64,000 bases of DNA from Terriglobia bacterium (GTDB lineage: Bacteria; Acidobacteriota; Terriglobia; JAJPHL01; JAPKYU01), in assembly GCA_965206645.1 (NCBI GenBank), contig CBDBKE010000004.1, forward strand, positions 2,112,001 through 2,176,000, written 5' to 3'. Below the pieces are notes generated by a model, which did not search any database, had not been told where the DNA came from, and saw nothing but the letters and a program-made list of their open reading frames with translations. A program made the position numbers and the translations under genes. Position 1 is the first letter of the stretch. Each line of letters starts with the position of its first letter. Of the stretch, positions 9,801 through 19,287 are shown piece by piece.

Positions 9801-10408
9801 TCACTTGGCTCATGAATACGGACTGCTACCGAGTGTGCTGGAGGGCCTGTCTGTTGCGGGTTTCCTGCGACACCGCAAACTTCGTGACGCTCCGTAGCAG
9901 TCCGTAATCTGTCGTATTCCAGCGCCGCTCAGAGCCCCCAGAGAGAAGAACTGTGCTGGAAGGGCTCAGTTGGAGGCCAATGGGCGTATTTACTCACGAG
10001 TCCCGGAGGGCCAAAAAACTAATTCCGGATATAACCGAACAAGACACCGGAGCAGGCAAAGCGAGCCATGATGTCACCCAAAGGAGGCCATGGCGATCTG
10101 AACTGGATCGACAGACCGGCTTGCAAATGTTTGGGGGAGAGGGAAAGTCAAATCGGAAACTCTCGCTTCGGGAGGCGCTACGGGATGGGGAAACTCAACT
10201 TCACTGACATCAGCCCTGAGGTGGCGCGGCGCATCGTGGTGTTCCTCAATTGCGCGAAGAACGCCGGAGACATCGCGGGATTCGAGCCGGCAGCTAGGAA
10301 TTGTTCAGCATTCTATAGGGAAGTACAAGAGGGGAGCTTACCTCAGTGCCGAGGATATTCAAATCGATTTGAACGGGGCGTACAAATCGAGTCTCTAGAT
10401 CAAGCCGA

Positions 10409-12098
10409 TTATTCTTTCAAGTGATGCCGGGCGTCTACCGGGCGAACGCATGCATTGGCGAGGAGGGCCACAACGAGTAAGCCGGCCATCAGAAACATCG
10501 TCGAGTTATAGAGTGTGCTCGAAGGGTCCAAGGTTCCCGGTGCAGCAATTTCCATCAATTTCGCGATGGTCACGGTTTTTTGAGCCACCAGCTCATCGAG
10601 TTATTCCAGAGGCGCGCCGGATTTTGCCGCAAAGGCGGCCGGATCCACCGAGCGCGCGAGTTTTTCCAGGGCGCGGTCGAGAGCCGTTTCCCGCAGGGAC
10701 GTGATGGCCAGCGGGCCCAACACCCCGGCGGTGCTCCAGGCGGTAAGCAGTCGCCCGTGAATCCCTCCCACGAACCGAGCGCCGAACAAGTCGGCTAGAT
10801 AGGCGGGAACCGTGGCAAATCCTCCTCCGTACATCGTAAAGATGAGCAGAGTGGATCCGTAGAAAAAGACCAGCCAGACGGCGGACGGGGAGACGGCGGC
10901 CTGCCGGGCCGTATAAGGGATGGATAGATAAAGAAGCGTTCCCAGCACAAAGAAGATGGTGTAGGTGGTCTTGCGTCCGAGATAGTCCGATACGCTGGCC
11001 CAGAAAAACCGCCCCCCCATGTTGAAGACGCTGATCATCAGAACACTAGGTTGCGGCAAAAGTGCCGTCCACGATTCCCGGCGAGGTGGTGCCGAAGATT
11101 TCCGTCATCATCGTCTTGGCCACGCCCAAGACCCCGATGCCCGCCGTTACGTTGAAGCAGAGGACAATCCAGAGCAGGTAGAATTGGGGTGTTTTCAAAG
11201 CTTGGTCGATCCCCACGTCATTCCGGCTGATCATTTTCCGCGCTGCATCCCGTTCCTCGGGAGGCCTCCATCCTTCCGGTTTCCATCCCGGCGCAGGAAT
11301 ACGATAGGAAAAAGAGGCCAGCAACATGACAGCGAGATAAATCGCACCCAGGGCCAGAAAGGTTGCCGCTACACCCGTCGTTCCCGTACCAACAAGGCAG
11401 ACTCCCTCCGGGCCGGGCATCAACATTTGGGAGACATCATTCGCTCCGACGACCACCACTTCCCGTAATTCGCCGGCCAGGGAAGCAAACCGCTTTCCTC
11501 CTTCCGTCACCAGGGAAACCTCCTCCACGCGCCCCAGAAAATCCGGACTGCGGTAGAAGAGTCGGATCAGAAATTCCTTTAGCGGGGCCCCGATCATTGC
11601 GCCCCCGCCGAATCCCATGATGGCCATGCCGGCCGCCATCCCGCGCCGGTCGGGAAACCAGCGAATGAGCGTGCTGACGGGCGAAACGTAGCCCAGCCCC
11701 AGGCCGCATCCTCCCAGGACTCCGTAGCCGAGATAAAGGAGCCAGAGCTGATGAAGCTGGATGCCTGCGCCTCCGAGCATGAATCCCCCGCCCCAGCAGA
11801 TTGCCGCCACCGTTCCCACCAAGCGGGGTCCCACCTTCTCCAGCCATTTCCCCGCAAAAGCGGCTGCGAGACCCAGAAATACGATCGCCACCGTGAAGAC
11901 CCAGACCACCTGCTTGAGCGTCCAGTTCCCCGCGGCGCTTACGACCACCCCCTGGACTTTCACCAGCGCAGGGTTGAAAATGCTCCAGGCATAGACGGAA
12001 CCGATGCAGAGATGGATTGCCACCGAAGCAGGCGGAACCTTCCAACGATTGAAGCCGGATGGTGCAATAATCCGTTCTTTCGAAAAAATATCCGCCAT
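10409..12098 (-). pseudogene. OFA (oxalate/formate antiporter) family MFS transporter pseudogene
   Basis: A +1 insertion (ACC TAG T GTT, probably from ACC TAT GTT) near 11046 and an in-frame TAA at 10601-10603. Reading continues LDELVAQKTVTIAKL...VRPVDARHHLKE* to 10409. Confidence 0.85.
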
Positions 12099-12228
12099 GA
12101 TCCCAGATTATGAAACCGGAAATCTGCCCTTCAAATTTCACGAAGCAGGCGATTATACACGGGACACCTGCGCCTCCGGCTGCCGTGCTTTCTTGAGTCG
12201 GTTCTTTTGAATTCTGCTGCGAAAGGGT

Positions 12229-12247
12229 CTAACAGGGTGCTGAAAAA
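12229..12247 (+). mobile_element. Possible isolated IS5-like terminal inverted repeat
   Basis: CTAA target-like tetramer followed by CAGGGTGCTGAAAAA. No transposase or partner end seen. Confidence 0.35.
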
Positions 12248-12471
12248 CGCAGCAAAAATAAAAGTGCTTCGTTCTGGAGAAGCTGTGCGAGTCGTTTCCA
12301 GGGGCGTTCATGGGCCTTTGGGGCCTTGCTCGGATCCCCGATTCGCCTGGGGCCCATGTCCACCTCGCCGGGGAACGGCAATGCCGGATAGCCGTCCGGC
12401 CTTGAGAATCGGAGTATCATTGCCCCCAAGGGGAGAATCGGCCGCCCTGCCGTTTGCCGTAGGAGTCCTAG

Positions 12472-13176
12472 ATGACGAAAGCCAAAACCGGCTGGCTGCT
12501 GCTGGGAATCTTGTGTCTGGCCTCCTTTGCCGTGGCCCAAGCCGCGGCCTGGGCGAAGTACATAAAGGCAGGCACAGAAGCCTACCAGCGGGGCCAGTAC
12601 TCCGGGGCTGAGAAACAATTCGTGGCTGCCCTCAAGGAGGCTGAAAAGTTTAGAGAGCAGGACCCTCGGCTAGCCACCAGCCTCAACAACCTAGCGGAGC
12701 TTTACCGCGCCCAGGGTAAGTCCGCTGAGGCCGAGCCGCTCTACCGGCGGGCGCTGGCGATCGTGGAGAAAGCCCTGGGTCCGGAGCATCCGAATATGGC
12801 CACCAGCCTCAACAACCTGGCGTTGCTCTACGACGCCCGGGGGAAGTACGCCGAGGCCGAGCGGTTTTACAAACGCTCGCTGGCAATCCGAGAGAAGGCC
12901 CTGGGACCGCAACATCCTCACGTTGCCCAAAGCCTCAACAACCTAGCGTCGCTCTACCAAGCCCAGGCCAAGTACGCCGAGGCCGTGCCGCTCTACCAGT
13001 GGGCGCTGGTGGTTTGGGAGAAAGCCCTGGGGCCAGAGCATCCCAGCGTGGTCACGGCCCTAGAGAATTATGCTGAGCTTCTACGGAAGACGAACCGGAA
13101 GGCCGAGGCCGCCAAACTGGAGGCCCGCGCCCAGGCCATTCGCGCCAAGCACGCTGGAAAGAACCCACCGAAGTGA
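12472..13176 (+). CDS. Exported tetratricopeptide repeat protein
   Basis: Signal peptide; three ATSLNNLAxLY...ALGPEHP-type repeats. Confidence 0.9.
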   Translation: MTKAKTGWLLLGILCLASFAVAQAAAWAKYIKAGTEAYQRGQYSGAEKQFVAALKEAEKFREQDPRLATSLNNLAELYRAQGKSAEAEPLYRRALAIVEKALGPEHPNMATSLNNLALLYDARGKYAEAERFYKRSLAIREKALGPQHPHVAQSLNNLASLYQAQAKYAEAVPLYQWALVVWEKALGPEHPSVVTALENYAELLRKTNRKAEAAKLEARAQAIRAKHAGKNPPK

Positions 13177-13207
13177 CCTACCTCGTGGTCACCAGCAATG
13201 CCGAACA

Positions 13208-13235
13208 GGTCCCCACAAACGGGCTAGTGTTTACC
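13208..13235 (+). repeat. 28-bp 11-6-11 Xer/dif-like site, copy B (spacer ACGGGC)
   Basis: GGTCCCCACAA ACGGGC TAGTGTTTACC, preceded by CAGCAATGCC as in copy E. Confidence 0.65.
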
Positions 13236-13904
13236 TATGTTCCAGCCTGGATGGTCCACGTGTGTGTGCCTCGGGGCTGGAAAATCTTCGGTGTTGAGCG
13301 CCCTGGAGGACTGTAGCGATCCCCCGAGCGCAAGATTAGAGGGGGGTATCTAAAGTGGGCTAAGTACACGGCGCGTAGCCTCCAAGGACAGGGACGACGT
13401 TAGCGTTGCTGCCTATGGTGGTGCGAAGCGCCTGGCCCGACGATCTCGTTGGCGCCGATCGCCTCTCTGGCGCCGGTCAACGAATATGGGTTGCTGTTCC
13501 CGGCGACGGTCTCGGCGCCGGCGCCGCTGGAAGTTGCGCTCGTCCAGCAAGTTCCTTTCCCTTTCGCTCAGGTTAGGAATCCGTCGTGGAAGTAGTGTCG
13601 TTGTACGCCGCGAAACGGTCAAGCAGAGTCATGGACTTGGTTACATCCAAGACAATTCTTGAGCTCAGTGCTCGAAGCAAGCGAATGCTGAATCTGCTGC
13701 TTCAAGACCGATCCTTTCAGAGATTGCCGGAAGCGGGCGAACGACCGCAGTGAAGGAGTAAGGAGCCCGTAGATGGGCACATCTGCCGAGGCGTGAGCGC
13801 GTAGTTCGCCTGTAATATTGGGAACGCCCCCAATCGCCCAGAATCGCCCGCTAGGGCGCCTGACAGGGCTGGACTACCCCGCCGGACTGACAACCGGAAT
13901 TGCA

Positions 13905-14056
13905 GGCGATCGGATCGAGTTACGTGGCTTTGGGGTCTCCAACGTAAAGCCGCGCAAACAGGCATCGACCGCAATCCCCGCACCGGCAACGTCGTCAACA
14001 TCCCTCCAGGCAAGTCTGTTCGTTTCAAGCCGGGCAAGGAGCTGCAGAGTCTCTAG
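13905..14056 (+). pseudogene. HU/IHF family DNA-binding protein remnant
   Basis: GDRIELRGFGVSNVKPRK, a 1-nt frameshift, then GIDRNPRTGNVVNIPPGKSVRFKPGKELQSL*. N-terminus missing. Confidence 0.85.
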
Positions 14057-14160
14057 TCCTGTTCTTGCGCACCGTCCCCCACCGGCCCCAAAGAATTGAA
14101 CACCCCAGGCACGGCATGAGCGATCATCCCCTGACTTTATCGTGGGCCTTGAGAACCGGC

Positions 14161-14382
14161 TCACTTGACCAGTTGCATCGTCTCTGACGCGGCCGGCACC
14201 TTAACTTGCAAACCTGCGATTAGCTCCAGAGTGGCTTTGTTGACTGTTTCAGCTTCCTGTAGTCGTTGCTCCATGCGGTTGAACTCGACTCGAAGCTTGC
14301 GATTGCTTTCGTAAGTGGCCATTGTGAAGAACGTCAGAATCAGGATCGCTAGCGCAAAGATGACTCGCTCTGAAGTGCGCAT
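14161..14382 (-). CDS. Small membrane-anchored coiled-coil hypothetical protein
   Basis: AAAGGAGG RBS, N-terminal TM helix, heptad-like C-terminus. Confidence 0.65.
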   Translation of the reverse strand: MRTSERVIFALAILILTFFTMATYESNRKLRVEFNRMEQRLQEAETVNKATLELIAGLQVKVPAASETMQLVK

Positions 14383-14745
14383 CTTGGGCGTGACCTCCTT
14401 TCCGCTTTGGTTGTATTGGTGAGCAGGTCATGCGAAACTGCCGCCGTGGGACTTGTCACGTGTCAACCGAAATGCCCGATTGGAGGCTAGAAGCATACGC
14501 CGTCCCCCCTCTTGTTGCAAGCTCAGCACCATGGCCTCTCCTGGGTGGTATCGCGGACTAACGGTTGGGCTTATTAGGAAGGAAGCGGGAGTCCCACCTG
14601 AAAGCACCCTAGGTAACCCCCCTGGTGTGAGGTGCTGCCCAGGTCCGGACCCCTTTGTGCTGCGCCAAGCGTGAAACGCTGCTATTATGGCAGGTAGCCC
14701 CACCTCGAAAATGTGGGACCATGCCCGATAAGCCCAAATACGAGA

Positions 14746-15070
14746 GAGCAGCTAAAGGGAAGCGAACGCGCCCAGTGGCCTTCATCCTGGTCGTCGGACG
14801 GCCAAACCCTGGCCTTTCTTGAAGTCCATCCCAACACGGGCGCTGACATCTCGGTTCTTCCGTTGCAGGGCGAGCGCAAGCCGCGCCCATTCCTCCAAAC
14901 CCAATTTAATGAAGTCCTGGCGGTGTTCTCCCCGGACGGTCAGTGGCTAACGTATCTCTCCGATGAGTCCGGACGGTTTGAAGTCTACGTACGGCCGTTT
15001 CCCGGCCCCGGCGGCAAGTGGCAGATCTCCACCCAAGGCGGCCATCGGCCGTTCTGGGCGAAGAACGGTT
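14746..15070 (+). pseudogene. Internal fragment of the PD40/TolB-like beta-propeller of a Ser/Thr kinase
   Basis: WSSDGQTLAF...LPLQGERKPRPFLQTQF...FSPDGQWL...PGPGGKWQIS; close nucleotide similarity to about 34464-34790. Confidence 0.85.
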
Positions 15071-15109
15071 TCCTAGTACCAAGACCGGTTTCACGGCTCC
15101 AGGCTGCGA

Positions 15110-15135
15110 TGTAAACTCTCACGACGTGTGGTACA
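15110..15135 (-). repeat. Degenerate Xer/dif-like site, copy C
   Basis: On +: TGTAAACTCTC ACGAC GTGTGGTAC, versus the reverse complement of copy A (AGTAAACGCTA ACCGAC TAGTGGGGACT), with small deletions. Confidence 0.4.
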
Positions 15136-15211
15136 AAAAGTCGGTCTGGTCACCAGAGTTTTCCGGAATGGAAAGGTTTACTTCCAAACAGCGGATTGAG
15201 GGAGGCTACCC

Positions 15212-15697
15212 ATGCCGTGGAAAGTTTCATTCGTTGAGGGAATCGACGGTGTAATTCGTTGGGCGGTTCGGGCTTTGGCTCTCCTGATGACCTTTGTGGT
15301 GATCATGGGTGTCGTGGAAGTTGTGTGGGAACTATACGACCGCCTCCGTCAGCCACCCATTATGAAGCTGGGGATTACGGAACTCGAGGCTACGTTCGGC
15401 ACGTTCATGGCGGTTCTGGTGGCAATCGCAATCCTCGCAAATATCACCTTACGTCTGCGAGAAGGCGTCGTCCGCGCCGAGGTGGTGATGGGCACGGCGC
15501 TCATTGCCACGGCACGAACAGTTATCATTCTCGACCTGAGAGAGTATTCGGCGCCGCAAGTGTGGGGAGTTGCGGTGCTGGTTCTGGCGACGGCTATCGG
15601 ATACTGGCTGGTGCGCGGAGGTAGTCCGAAGAGTGCCCTCCTCTCTCGGGAAAGCGCGGACGTTCCGAGCGGTCGAAGTCCGGCGGAGAAAAATTAG
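15212..15697 (+). CDS. Phosphate-starvation-inducible PsiE family membrane protein
   Basis: Four TM segments; FGTFMAVLVAI and TALIATARTVIILD motifs; GGAGG RBS. Confidence 0.8.
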   Translation: MPWKVSFVEGIDGVIRWAVRALALLMTFVVIMGVVEVVWELYDRLRQPPIMKLGITELEATFGTFMAVLVAIAILANITLRLREGVVRAEVVMGTALIATARTVIILDLREYSAPQVWGVAVLVLATAIGYWLVRGGSPKSALLSRESADVPSGRSPAEKN

Positions 15698-16078
15698 TCA
15701 CATCTTCTCTCATGCTCTTTGGAAATGAATGTCATGTAGGGCGCCGTGCTCAGGGCGGGAGGAGATCAAGAAAAACGTCGTACCTGTAGGAGAGCAGGTT
15801 ATAAAGCTCGATACAAAATGACCCGCAGCCACTCTATGAGACACACGAAGTTGAGCGAGTTGGATTGTTGCGTGCCGACTACGACTCGCTTATCGCCGAA
15901 ATCGAGCAACTCACCAAAACGACAATCAGTGCCACTTCGGGCAAGTTGAGATGGTAAAGCGAGCCATCTTGCCTGGGCCAGAGAACAAGCGGCTGCGGGA
16001 GGTGCTGGGCAATTATTGGAAGCCTGCCTTCGGGCAGATGCGGCTGAAGACTTGGCCGAAGAGGTGGACGGCTCACTG

Positions 16079-16236
16079 CTAGATGCAGCTCGCGCCACGC
16101 TGGACCGGCTCTCGCTCCAGAGCCGCGTGATAGATCTCCTCGACCTTTTGCCAACGTTCGGGCGTCATCCCGCTACACCCCTGCCACCACCCAACTTCTC
16201 CAGGATGCGGTATCGCCCGAGCGGCCGGCCGACCAT
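16079..16236 (-). pseudogene. Two abutting N-terminal Ser/Thr kinase fragments
   Basis: MVGRPLGRYRILEKLGGGRGVAG* (from 16236) and MTPERWQKVEEIYHAALEREPVQRGASCI* (16168-16079). The second matches the start of the kinase at 32155. Confidence 0.8.
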
Positions 16237-16371
16237 GAGCAAGAAGCCTCCCTCTTGGGGGCCAAGCTACGCCCCGGCCACAGGCAAGTCAAGGCGAATG
16301 GCCTACTCCGGGAAGGGGTTGCTGACGGCAGTATCTCGCTCTAAAGCGGGTTCCCTCAATCTTCTTTGATA

Positions 16372-16399
16372 GCTTCCCACTAGTCGGTTCGTGTTTACC
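16372..16399 (+). repeat. 28-bp 11-6-11 Xer/dif-like site, copy D (spacer GTCGGT)
   Basis: GCTTCCCACTA GTCGGT TCGTGTTTACC. Confidence 0.6.
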
Positions 16400-16520
16400 C
16401 ATGCTGCCACACCGCCACTTGGATGTATAACGCGCTTATCGGAAACTGACCCACTACCCTGGCGGGCCTAGAGGGTCACTTGTCCGGTAAGCCGACTATG
16501 CGGCCAAGTGGAACTTGGTC

Positions 16521-16548
16521 GGTAAACGCTAGCCCGTTTGTGGGGACC
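16521..16548 (-). repeat. 28-bp 11-6-11 Xer/dif-like site, copy E (spacer ACGGGC)
   Basis: Reverse complement GGTCCCCACAA ACGGGC TAGCGTTTACC; 27/28 identical to copy B. Confidence 0.65.
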
Positions 16549-16709
16549 TGGCATTGCTGTTGACAAGGGGGTATCGCGTGCCGCTTGCACTGTGGCAGGC
16601 GCAAGACCGCCGGCGCAACTAGCCGAGTCGCCGCGTTGACTTGGCTGAGGGTGCAGACTAAGGAGCCAGCCCACCGCTGGCTCTTTTTCATTCTCATTTG
16701 GCTAAGTAC

Positions 16710-16931
16710 CTACGCCGTTGCCAGCGCCTTCCGCCGTTCGCGGTGGTATTCCGACAACTTGGCGTTAGCCGCCGCGATCGTTTTGCCCTCATCGGCAACC
16801 CTGGCCAAGTCATTCCCAGGAACCGCTACGTAAAGCTCGTCTTCCCCGAGGTCTGTGTAGACGCGGTTACCGATACAGCCCGTGCTCGTGTCGACCTCAA
16901 TGGGGAATCCCAGGCAAGGTTGGATTTCCAT
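16710..16931 (-). CDS. Hypothetical protein (possibly a fragment)
   Basis: 73-aa ORF with plausible composition; no recognisable motif. Confidence 0.3.
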   Translation of the reverse strand: MEIQPCLGFPIEVDTSTGCIGNRVYTDLGEDELYVAVPGNDLARVADEGKTIAAANAKLSEYHRERRKALATA

Positions 16932-16995
16932 CGGAAATCCGCAGCCCTGGGTTTTTCTTTCAAGAAGAATTTACCTGGCGGAATAAGGGAAAAGA

Positions 16996-18204
16996 TCAGG
17001 TCGCTTCCCAGTCGATTTCCTTGACCTCGTTCTGGGCGGGGGGAATCGCCGGCACGGGTTGCCTGCGAAACAGCAAGACCGCCACCGGGAATCCCACGAA
17101 ACCGGTCAGCCCCAGAACCCAAAGGGTCGAGTAAAGCCCGAATCTTTCGGCGAACATTCCCGCCGGGGTAATGCCGATTGCCGCCATCCCCCAGCTCACG
17201 CCCATCACGAAGCTCGAAATCGTCCCCACTCGCCGGGGAAAGCTGCGCTGGCTGATGGCGATCAGAATGGGCACTCCGGTGAAGATGGAATACCCCGCCA
17301 GTCCGAAGCACGCGATGCCCGCAATGGAAGTCCCCAAAAGGAGATATCCGAGCAAGAGCGGGATGGGAATCAGGAAGGATGCAAACAGGACTCCCTTTTC
17401 GCCGATGCGCTCGGCCCAGGTACCGCCCGTCAAGCCGCCGATTCCTCCCGCAATCCCGAACACAAAGAACGTCAGGCCCACGGTAGGGAGCGGGGTGCCG
17501 AGTTCGGTCAGGTAGAGCGGCACAAAGGTCTGAAAGCCCAGGATTACAAATGCGCGAAGCATGGAGAGAATTCCCAGGCCAAACAGTAATCCGTAGCCCG
17601 CTGGCAGGGTTCCCGCCCCCCGAGATTTTCCCTCCTGAGGCACGGGCCTTTCGTTGATGTTGCGGCGAATCAGGAAGGCAACCAGACATCCGAAAACGAC
17701 GGCATAAACCGTCGCGGACAATCCTCCCCAGTCGACCAGCGCCGCGGCCACCAGGGCTCCCACGGCCACGCCCATCACCCCGCCGGTGACGAAGATGGAC
17801 ATTCCGACACTATGCCGGGGCCCGCTTTCGAGCGCCGCCAGGGATGCGCCGTAGGGATGAAATGCGGCAATGCTCAGACCGCCGGCGATGACCAGGAAAA
17901 TCAGACTGGTGTAGGAAGGCATGATCCCGATACAACTCAGTGTGACTGCGGCGAGCATGGGAGCGAAGGCCACCAGGCGCACACTGCGCCAGCGGTCGAA
18001 CAACACCCCGAAAAGTGCCTGCGAGAATGTGACCGAAAGCGAAAAGGCCGAAACCAGGATGGCCGCCTCGGTAAGCGTAAAACCCACGGCCCGCTGCAAC
18101 ACCGGCACCAGCACGGGAATAAACCCGGCATAGAAGTCCACCGTAAAATGGCCAACCGTAAGCAGGAGGAGCTTGGATAATCTGAACTCAGCCTTTGAAA
18201 TCAT
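16996..18204 (-). CDS. MFS transporter, Fsr (fosmidomycin resistance)-like family
   Basis: GHFTVDFY, AAFHP, MSIFVTGGVMG, GGTWAERIG; about 12 TM segments. Start codon uncertain. Confidence 0.85.
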   Translation of the reverse strand: MISKAEFRLSKLLLLTVGHFTVDFYAGFIPVLVPVLQRAVGFTLTEAAILVSAFSLSVTFSQALFGVLFDRWRSVRLVAFAPMLAAVTLSCIGIMPSYTSLIFLVIAGGLSIAAFHPYGASLAALESGPRHSVGMSIFVTGGVMGVAVGALVAAALVDWGGLSATVYAVVFGCLVAFLIRRNINERPVPQEGKSRGAGTLPAGYGLLFGLGILSMLRAFVILGFQTFVPLYLTELGTPLPTVGLTFFVFGIAGGIGGLTGGTWAERIGEKGVLFASFLIPIPLLLGYLLLGTSIAGIACFGLAGYSIFTGVPILIAISQRSFPRRVGTISSFVMGVSWGMAAIGITPAGMFAERFGLYSTLWVLGLTGFVGFPVAVLLFRRQPVPAIPPAQNEVKEIDWEAT

Positions 18205-18430
18205 AAAGTTATGTCCCGCGATTGAATCCATTCGGACATGCCCTGCGGTGCTGGTGGATCATAGAACCGGAACCACTCCCGTTTGACGATGCCACCCTCA
18301 AGCGGAGCTGGACGCTGCTGGTACAGGCCAGCGAACATGTGCTTTCCCATCTCCGATTCCTTCTGGTGGAGTTCCGTCTTGCTATAGCGGGACTCCCAGA
18401 GCGCCTCACCGTCCCAGAACTCTCCCTTGC
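18201..18430 (-). pseudogene. Phage terminase large subunit internal fragment
   Basis: GEALWESRY...FAGLYQQRPAPLEGGIVKREWFRFY...WIQSRD matches the terminase YQQxP...GGxxKREW...QSWD pattern. Confidence 0.75.
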
Positions 18431-18799
18431 CTACCTTAACGCCGCAGAATATCGTCCTCATCCTCAGCGATCGCTGGCAGCTTCACGCCGCTGACCCCGT
18501 TCAGCAGGTGAGGGGCTTACGTCCGTGGGAAGCCAGCTTCGCAAGGCTCCTAGAATTTCAATAGCGAACAACCGCTTGTGGATCACCTGCCCCAGGCCGT
18601 CCACCACCCGCGGCGCGGTAGAAATCGAGGCGTGCGCGATGCTCGTTCGCCCTCCCTCGCGGCCCTTGCGGACGGCGGAAATATCTTCCAGGAAGCTGGC
18701 GAGCCAGTAGGGAGAGGGCGGCTCGCCCCCCTTTTGTTACCTAACTGTTACCTTTACCGACAGAGCGAAGCCTTATTTCCACACAACTGATTGAAAATA

Positions 18800-18846
18800 T
18801 GGAGCCGACGGGGGGACTTGAACCCCCAACCCCCTGATTACGAATC
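18800..18846 (-). pseudogene. 3' half of tRNA-Thr(CGT), att-site remnant
   Basis: Minus strand GATTCGTAATCAGGGGGTTGGGGGTTCAAGTCCCCCCGTCGGCTCCA; no 5' half. Confidence 0.8.
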
Positions 18847-19287
18847 CGGGGGCAGTATGTCCACCACGTTCACGGGCGTCTATTCTCTAGCAACTTACAA
18901 GCGACTTCATTCCATTTCGTCCAGGGCGTTTGGCTGTCGTCTATCCTGTTGGCTGTCAACCATATCTCGACGGGTAACCCACCCAGGGAACGCCCGCATG
19001 CGAGGCTTCCGTCCCGCGGGGCAGGCGACGGTCCCGATGGTACCAGCCCGAGCCAGAATCTTGTAATTCGGAATGACGTTTATGAATATAAATGACGCCC
19101 GCCACACCCGCTGACGTGGCTGGACCGCACCGGTGCTGACAATCGGCACTGTAGGGAAGCGGAGAGAGAAAGTGGGAGTCCCACTTGACACCCCCTGGGA
19201 TCACCCCCCAGGGCCCGTGCTGTCACGGACGGTACCAGGCGGTGGGCTGGTTCTTCGAGCGAGCGTCGCCCGCTCGGCCCTTGCCTC

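Noticed and set aside
9953-10424. ORFs 9953..10207 and 10068..10424 (also 3204..3479) as real genes
   Set aside because: No recognisable motif; probably island debris.
13725-13810. c-di-GMP-II-like riboswitch (GGGCAC...GAGC..GTAGT)
   Set aside because: It lacks the GTGCAACC pseudoknot partner and has no intact downstream gene; an Rfam scan would be needed.
14746-15070. Propeller fragment as a DGR template repeat for 34464-34790
   Set aside because: Mismatches are not adenine-specific and there is no reverse transcriptase in the window.
16420-16506. Further half-dif-like or IS-end-like sequences (GTTTCCGATAA, AACTGACCCACTACC, TGTCCGGTAAGCCGACTATGCGGCCA; also 9114-9125 and 14721-14731)
   Set aside because: Only one arm matches or the spacing is wrong, so they are too weak to call without a PWM.
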